Origin: Opitutales bacterium
GTDB taxonomy: Bacteria; Verrucomicrobiota; Verrucomicrobiia; Opitutales; UBA953
Direction of reading: 5' to 3'
DNA length: 64,000 nucleotides
Assembly (NCBI GenBank): GCA_007280935.1
Contig: QYQK01000012.1
Location: 1,022-65,021, forward strand
In this document: positions 58,519-64,000 of the stretch, piece by piece
Position numbering within the stretch: the first letter of the stretch is position 1
How the letters are laid out: each line of letters starts with the position of its first letter
Program-made: the position numbers and the translations under genes
The notes under the pieces: generated by a model
What the model saw: only the letters and a program-made list of their open reading frames with translations
The model's database searches: none
Told to the model about the DNA's origin: nothing

Positions 58519-59976
58519 ATGGCCGACCTGCTTCATACGCTTTCTGCCGCCGAGCTCGGACGACGCCTTTCCGCTGGATTGTTGACGTCCCGCACCCTCT
58601 GCGAAGCGCTCATTGCTCGCTATCATTTGTTGAACAAAAAAGTCGGAGCCTTCACGCATCTGGATGAACGAGACGTGCTCACGCAGGCCGATGCCTCAGA
58701 TGCCCGTCGCAAGGCAGGGCAGGGGCGTGGTCCGCTCGAAGGTATTCCGGTCGCCATCAAAGATAATATTGCGGTCAAGGGTCAGCCGTTGACGTGTTCG
58801 AGCCAGATGCTCGCCTCGCTGGTTTCGCCTTATGATGCACATGTGACCGAACGTCTGCGCGCAGCCGGTGCGATCCTTTATGGGCGTCTCAACATGGATG
58901 AATTTGCGATGGGTTCGTCCACGGAGAATTCTGCCATCCAAAAAACTTTCAACCCATGGGACCTCGCCTGTATTCCGGGCGGATCTTCGGGGGGCAGCGC
59001 TGCGGCTTTGGCCGCCGGTCTTGTCCCGCTTGCCCTAGGCTCCGATACGGGTGGGTCGATCCGTCAGCCAGCCTCGCATTGCGGAATCGTCGGATTAAAG
59101 CCTACCTACGGGCTGATTTCTCGCTTTGGTCTCGTGGCCTTCGCCTCGTCGCTCGACCAGATCGGTCCGATGGCCCGTTGTATCGAAGACTGCGAACTGC
59201 TCCTCAGCGCGCTGGCCTCGGCCGACGCGCGTGACATGACCTGCTTCGCCGTCGCCGATCGTGCGCTCACGCCTGCTGGCGATGCCAAGAAGCTTCGCAT
59301 CGGTATTCCCAAAGGTTTTTTAGGCAAGGGGGTGGGAGCTGAGGTCGCCACCGCCGTCACTGCCGCTATTGATTTTTATCGCTCGCAGGGCTGCGCTATT
59401 TCCGAAGTCGAACTGCCTTCTGCAGATCTTGCTGTCCCGACTTATTATGTCGTGGCGACGGCCGAAGCCTCCTCGAATCTCGGTCGCTATGATGGCGTCC
59501 GCTATGGTCACCGTTCGGCCTCAGCTGGTACGCCCGTCGAAATGATGACGAATAGCCGCTCCGAAGGTTTTGGCGCCGAAGTGAAGCGTCGCATCTTGCT
59601 CGGAACTTTCGTGCTGAGCGCGGGCTACGCGGACGCTTATTATATGAGGGCCCTCCGTGCGCGCTCGAAAATACGGGCCGAATATCTCGCGGCTTTGGCT
59701 ACGGTCGATGTGTTGCTGACGCCGACGGTCCCGACGCCCGCCTTCAAAGTCGGCGAAAAGGCTTCGGATCCGCTGCAACTTTATCTCGAGGATATTTTTA
59801 CGATTCCCGCGAATCTCGCCGGGCTGCCGGCGATTTCGGTGCCTTGCGGCAAATCGGGACATCTGCCCGTCGGCTTCCATCTCGTCGGAGCACCGCTCTC
59901 CGAAGCCAAACTCCTCGCGGCGGGCCGTCTTTTTGAGTCCGCCCACGGGTTTGCCCACCAGCAAGCCGCCCTATGA
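58519..59976 (+). CDS. gatA: Asp/Glu-tRNA amidotransferase subunit A
   Basis: 485-aa ORF with the amidase signature GGSSGGSAAALAAG...GSDTGGSIRQPAS. Confidence 0.95.
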   Translation: MADLLHTLSAAELGRRLSAGLLTSRTLCEALIARYHLLNKKVGAFTHLDERDVLTQADASDARRKAGQGRGPLEGIPVAIKDNIAVKGQPLTCSSQMLASLVSPYDAHVTERLRAAGAILYGRLNMDEFAMGSSTENSAIQKTFNPWDLACIPGGSSGGSAAALAAGLVPLALGSDTGGSIRQPASHCGIVGLKPTYGLISRFGLVAFASSLDQIGPMARCIEDCELLLSALASADARDMTCFAVADRALTPAGDAKKLRIGIPKGFLGKGVGAEVATAVTAAIDFYRSQGCAISEVELPSADLAVPTYYVVATAEASSNLGRYDGVRYGHRSASAGTPVEMMTNSRSEGFGAEVKRRILLGTFVLSAGYADAYYMRALRARSKIRAEYLAALATVDVLLTPTVPTPAFKVGEKASDPLQLYLEDIFTIPANLAGLPAISVPCGKSGHLPVGFHLVGAPLSEAKLLAAGRLFESAHGFAHQQAAL

Positions 59977-61478
59977 GTTCTTCACCTTCAGATTGGGAAG
60001 TCGTCATCGGCCTCGAGGTCCACGTGCAACTCCACACCCGCGCGAAAGTCTTCGCCTCGTCTCCCTGGGGTTTCGGTAAAGAGCCGAACGAGCAAGTCGA
60101 CTCCGTCGTGTTAGGACTTCCCGGCACGTTGCCGGTCGTGAATCGCGAAGCAGTTGAGAAGTCAATTTTGTTTGGTTTGGTCGTAGGTTCATCGGTGCCA
60201 GAACAATGTGCCTGGGATCGGAAAAACTATTTCTACCCCGATAATCCGAAGAACTATCAACTGACCCAAAAAGATTTCCCGATTGTCGTCGGCGGCCAGG
60301 TGGAAATCGAACTGCCAGGTATTTCACGTAATGTGATGGGCGAGCATAAGTTCGTCCGCATCCATCATGCGCACCTTGAAGAAGATGTGGGTAAACTCAG
60401 TCACGCGGGCAGCGGCTCACTCGTCGATTATAATCGGGCCGGCGTGCCTTTATTGGAAATCGTCACCGAGCCCGATCTTCGTTCTGCCGCCGAGGCCGAA
60501 GCTTTCTTACGTTCCTTGGTCGCACTTTTAACCCAAGCCGGCGTGGCGGATTGTGATATGGAAAAGGGTCAACTCCGTTGCGATTGTAACGTGTCTATTC
60601 GCCGCCGTGGTGCCGAGAAGCTCGGTACCCGCACCGAGACCAAGAATTTGAACTCCATTTCCAGCGTCCGTGATACGGTCATCTACGAAACTGCCCGTCA
60701 GATTCGCGAGTTAGAGGCTGGTCGCACCATCACGCAGGAAACTCGCGGTTGGAATGCGGAGCTGAGTCGTGGTTATGTGCTGCGGGATAAGGAAGATGCC
60801 CATGACTACCGTTATTTCCCTGACCCTGATATTCCCACATTACGTATTTCGCGCGAAACGGTCGCCCGTTTACAAAAACTTGTCCCGGAAAGCCTTTACG
60901 ATCGGCAACGTCGATATGTCGAAAAGCTTGGCCTGCCTTTTACGGCGGCTTCGGTGCTGGTGAACGACCGCGAACTTGCCGAATGGTTCGAGCTCGCCGT
61001 GGCCGCGCACCCGGCTAATCCGCAGGGCATCGCCAACTGGGTGACGAATGATCTGCTGCGCGACCTTGCCGCCTCCGGCGCCGCTGGCGCCCTGCTCACC
61101 GACGCGGTGCCCCCCGCGGTTTCGCTGGCCTCCTGCCCCATCAAGCCGGCTCAGTTGGCGGGTCTGGTGAAACTCACGGACGAGGGCGTGATTTCTAAGC
61201 AACAGGCTAAAGAAGTCTTCACTGAGATGTTTAAGACGGGCCAAGAAGCGGTCGCCATCGTGGATGCGAAAGGTCTTCGTCAGAATAGCGATACGGGCGA
61301 GTTGGAGAAAATCGTGCAAGCAGTCATCGCTGACCCTGCGGTGGCTAAATCTATCGCCGAATACCGCGCGGGTAACGAGAAAGCGATCAACGCCCTGAAG
61401 GGACCCATCATGAAGCGTACGCAAGGTAAGGCTAACCCGGTCCTCATTGATCAGCTTCTCCGCAAATTCCTCGGATGA
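59973..61478 (+). CDS. gatB: Asp/Glu-tRNA amidotransferase subunit B
   Basis: 501-aa ORF. It has WEVVIGLEVHVQL, DYNRAGVPLLEIVTEPD and a C-terminal GatB_Yqey-like region. It has an ATGA overlap with gatA. Confidence 0.95.
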   Translation: MSSSPSDWEVVIGLEVHVQLHTRAKVFASSPWGFGKEPNEQVDSVVLGLPGTLPVVNREAVEKSILFGLVVGSSVPEQCAWDRKNYFYPDNPKNYQLTQKDFPIVVGGQVEIELPGISRNVMGEHKFVRIHHAHLEEDVGKLSHAGSGSLVDYNRAGVPLLEIVTEPDLRSAAEAEAFLRSLVALLTQAGVADCDMEKGQLRCDCNVSIRRRGAEKLGTRTETKNLNSISSVRDTVIYETARQIRELEAGRTITQETRGWNAELSRGYVLRDKEDAHDYRYFPDPDIPTLRISRETVARLQKLVPESLYDRQRRYVEKLGLPFTAASVLVNDRELAEWFELAVAAHPANPQGIANWVTNDLLRDLAASGAAGALLTDAVPPAVSLASCPIKPAQLAGLVKLTDEGVISKQQAKEVFTEMFKTGQEAVAIVDAKGLRQNSDTGELEKIVQAVIADPAVAKSIAEYRAGNEKAINALKGPIMKRTQGKANPVLIDQLLRKFLG

Positions 61479-62179
61479 ACAAAGTTTCAACTTCGCCCCT
61501 GGTCGCAGGCATCAAGGCCGCGCGCGACAACGCTATTCCGCTGGTCGTGATTCTGCTGGCCGCCGCCGGACTGGTCATTGCCTACAGGTATCAGGTCCCT
61601 TTTGTTGTGACGGCCCTCAATTATATCGGCGCATTAAATAAGGCCAACCCGATGGCGTTTGCGGCGATTTGTACCGCCATCACCTCAGGTCTTATCCCCT
61701 GGATTTTTCGGATGGTCATCCGCGGCTTGCGCCCGCCGCATCCCCTGGGTGACCTCGTTCATAGCATGGTCTGGTGGGCCGCGATGGGGATGCTCGTCAG
61801 CTACTTCTATCAACTGCAGGCAGCCTGGTTCGGTGATGAGGCCAATTTGCGTACGGTTCTATTGAAGGTGTCCGTAGATATGGTGGGCTTCACGATTTTA
61901 ATCGGCGCGCCCTTTAATGCGATTTCGCACCTCTGGAAAGATTGCGGTTGGGATACCGCTCGCCTTCGTGCCGCCATGGGTCGGGGTTGGTATCGCCGTT
62001 TGGTCTTACCCAACCTGCTGACGAACTATTTTGTCTGGTTCCCGGGTGCGCTTATATTTTACAACATGCCGACCGACCTCCAATTGGTCGTGGCTAATTG
62101 TATCGGTTGTTTCTGGGCTCTGATGTGTGCCCGGATTGCGGCCCATTCGGGCGTCCCGATTACCGACGTCCATGCCTGA
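61475..62179 (+). CDS. Integral membrane protein, possibly Mpv17/PMP22-like
   Basis: 234-aa ORF with several hydrophobic helices. The C-terminal pattern VWFPGALIFYNMPTDLQLVVANCIGCFWALM resembles the Mpv17/PMP22 signature (W-P-x-INF-x-VP-x-R-V-x-N-x-W), recalled from memory. It has an ATGA overlap with gatB. Confidence 0.55.
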   Translation: MNKVSTSPLVAGIKAARDNAIPLVVILLAAAGLVIAYRYQVPFVVTALNYIGALNKANPMAFAAICTAITSGLIPWIFRMVIRGLRPPHPLGDLVHSMVWWAAMGMLVSYFYQLQAAWFGDEANLRTVLLKVSVDMVGFTILIGAPFNAISHLWKDCGWDTARLRAAMGRGWYRRLVLPNLLTNYFVWFPGALIFYNMPTDLQLVVANCIGCFWALMCARIAAHSGVPITDVHA

Positions 62180-62247
62180 GCCGGATTTCTTGCCCGCTCG
62201 CCATCCCTCGCTTGAAACCTTGGTCACGTTAGGCGAACCTCACCCAC

Positions 62248-64000
62248 GTGCCTGACTTGTTTGGAGAGACTGAACCCGGCGTCGCTGAGGTGGTCCCCTT
62301 TGATGGCGGGGCTCGGGCCTACTCGTATTCCGTGCCGGCGGCCCTTAAGGACACGCTGCAAGTCGGCCAGTTGGTCCGCGTTCCGTTAGGGGGGCGGGTG
62401 AGTCTGGGGGTTGTCTGGAAATACCCTGCCGAACCTTTAGTGGGCACGAAGCTGCGGAGTATCGTGGTGCTCGAGCACGACCAGCCCGTGATGACCCCCG
62501 ATTGCTGCAAGCTCGCCGAGTGGATGGCAGGGTATTATGGGTGCGGGCTTAATTCGGTGCTGGAAACGGTCCTTCCCGCAGCCGTGCGCAAGGGCGTTCG
62601 TCCCGTGCTCCGTCGGATGGTGTCGTTGATTGCCCCGCCCGCCGCCGAGGCTTTAGCGAAGATGCGTCGCAAAGCGCCCCGCCAAGCTCAGCTCATCGAC
62701 TTTCTTTCCGCCCAAGCTGAACCCGCCGACCGCGCGAAAATCGCAGCAGATTTAGGCATCGGGCCCTCCGCTATCGCAGCGTTAATCGCTGCCGGGATGA
62801 TCAAAGAAGAAGCCAGCGTACAATGGCGCGTGGCTTATGATGACCCTTTTTCCGAAGGTGAAACGGTCGCCGCCGCCGGGCATATTCTCAACCCGGAACA
62901 GTTGGCCGCCGTCACCTCGGTGACCGAGACGCTGGACAGTAAGGCTTTCCGGGCGCATCTCCTGCATGGCGTCACCGGCTCGGGTAAGACGGAAGTTTAC
63001 GTTGCCTTGATCCGTAAGGTGATTGCCGAAGGGGGGTCGGCGATTTTCCTCGTTCCCGAAGTGGCGCTGACGCCGCAGACGGTGGGTCGTTTGCGTTCAA
63101 GACTGGCGGACCTGGGAGCCAAGGTTGTCGTCTGGCATAGTCACCTTTCGGCCGGCGAACGTTTTGATGCTTGGATGGCCATGTCGCTGGGGCAGGCGAG
63201 GGTAGTCGTCGGCGCCCGTTCCGCGGTCTTCGCCCCTCTTCCGAATCTTCGCCTCATCGTCGTCGACGAGGAGCATGAGCCTTCGTTTAAACAGGGCGAA
63301 ACACCAATGTATCACGGGCGCGATGTCGCGGTGATGCGGGCTTCGCTGCTGGGTGCCGCTTGCGTGCTGGGTTCGGCGACTCCTTCCTTGGAGACTTGGA
63401 AGAACGCGACGGCTGGCCGCTATGTCCTCAATACGATGCCAAAGCGGGTGGATGACCGCCCGATGCCAGCGTTTCGTATCATTGATATGCGCCGCGAGAT
63501 CCTCCATTCGAAGGGCCAGCACATTCTCTCTCGCGAATTGGTGGATGGCATCCGCGAACGGCTCCAGAAGCGCGAACAATCCATCCTTTTCCTTAACCGC
63601 CGCGGGCATTCCCGTTCGCTCGTCTGTCCTGATTGTGGCGAAGCGGTGCAGTGCGCCCGTTGCAGCGTTTCGCTGACACTCCATCGCACCAACGACACCG
63701 CTCGCTGCCACCTTTGTAACCACCAGGAACGCGCGCCGGTGGTCTGCCCCAAGTGTCGTTCGCCGAAGGTGCGCTGGAAGGGCTATGGCACGCAAAAGGT
63801 GGAAGAAACCATCGCACAGCTTTTTCCGCGTGCCAAGGTCGCCCGGATCGATGCCGATACGATGGGGAAGAAGGACCTTTTCCGTCAGGTGCTTTCCGAT
63901 TTCCGGGCGGGTAAATATGACATGCTGCTGGGGACACAGATGATCGCGAAAGGGCTGGATTTTCCGCGCGTGACGTTGGTGGGGATTATCGACGCGGATC
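62248..64000 (+). CDS. priA: Primosomal protein N' (replication restart helicase PriA), 3'-truncated by the window edge
   Basis: Not in the ORF track because there is no stop in the window. The frame is open from TAG at 62230-62232 to the window end. The first start is the GTG at 62248. My own translation shows HGVTGSGKTEVY (Walker A), VVDEEHE (DEEH box) and the Cys-rich zinc region CPDCG...CARCS...CHLC...CPKC. Confidence 0.9.
   Translation, partial: MPDLFGETEPGVAEVVPFDGGARAYSYSVPAALKDTLQVGQLVRVPLGGRVSLGVVWKYPAEPLVGTKLRSIVVLEHDQPVMTPDCCKLAEWMAGYYGCGLNSVLETVLPAAVRKGVRPVLRRMVSLIAPPAAEALAKMRRKAPRQAQLIDFLSAQAEPADRAKIAADLGIGPSAIAALIAAGMIKEEASVQWRVAYDDPFSEGETVAAAGHILNPEQLAAVTSVTETLDSKAFRAHLLHGVTGSGKTEVYVALIRKVIAEGGSAIFLVPEVALTPQTVGRLRSRLADLGAKVVVWHSHLSAGERFDAWMAMSLGQARVVVGARSAVFAPLPNLRLIVVDEEHEPSFKQGETPMYHGRDVAVMRASLLGAACVLGSATPSLETWKNATAGRYVLNTMPKRVDDRPMPAFRIIDMRREILHSKGQHILSRELVDGIRERLQKREQSILFLNRRGHSRSLVCPDCGEAVQCARCSVSLTLHRTNDTARCHLCNHQERAPVVCPKCRSPKVRWKGYGTQKVEETIAQLFPRAKVARIDADTMGKKDLFRQVLSDFRAGKYDMLLGTQMIAKGLDFPRVTLVGIIDAD

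Noticed and set aside
63097-63795. 232-aa minus-strand ORF near the window end
   Set aside because: It is antisense to the priA frame, which shows Walker A, the DEEH box and the zinc-binding Cys cluster. The antisense translation is R/A/H-rich with no motifs.

Overview
Gene-dense, moderately GC-rich chromosomal core segment of a diderm bacterium. Most intergenic gaps are under 150 nt, and many genes are joined by ATGA, TAATG or GTGA start/stop overlaps. I recognised no rRNA or tRNA genes, CRISPR arrays, transposases, integrases, phage genes or known defence genes. About 60 CDS are supported, nearly all housekeeping. They cover DNA repair and replication (mutL, uvrB, priA, scpB) and amino-acid or cofactor synthesis (thrB-thrC, ilvD, pheA, metX, nadE, pdxA). 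Translation genes are rpmF, rpsA, infC, rpmI-rplT-pheS-pheT-gatCAB, glyQS, rlmN and rsmI. Envelope and lipid genes are plsX-fabH, lpxA, a gmhB-like gene, an LptE-like gene, cls, an amidase and a MurU-AmgK fusion. Central metabolism is represented by pgi and rpe. A very long GreA-like factor, SD-poor CA-rich leaders and TPR-rich envelope operons suggest a PVC/Verrucomicrobiota-like organism, but this is inference only. The items most worth a second look are: (1) an ExbB-ExbD-ExbD operon with two secreted TPR/helical-repeat proteins and no TonB/TolA partner. (2) A long GreA-like gene interrupted by one in-frame TAA. (3) A monocistronic small secreted protein with three CxxC motifs and a near-identical internal 54-nt repeat, next to an orphan BtuF-like binding protein. 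(4) A frameshifted pdxA. (5) An untracked 55-aa lipoprotein gene linked to both neighbours by TAATG overlaps. (6) A MurU-AmgK fusion overlapping a Fur-family regulator gene. All functional calls rest on motif recognition from the supplied translations; no database search was run.
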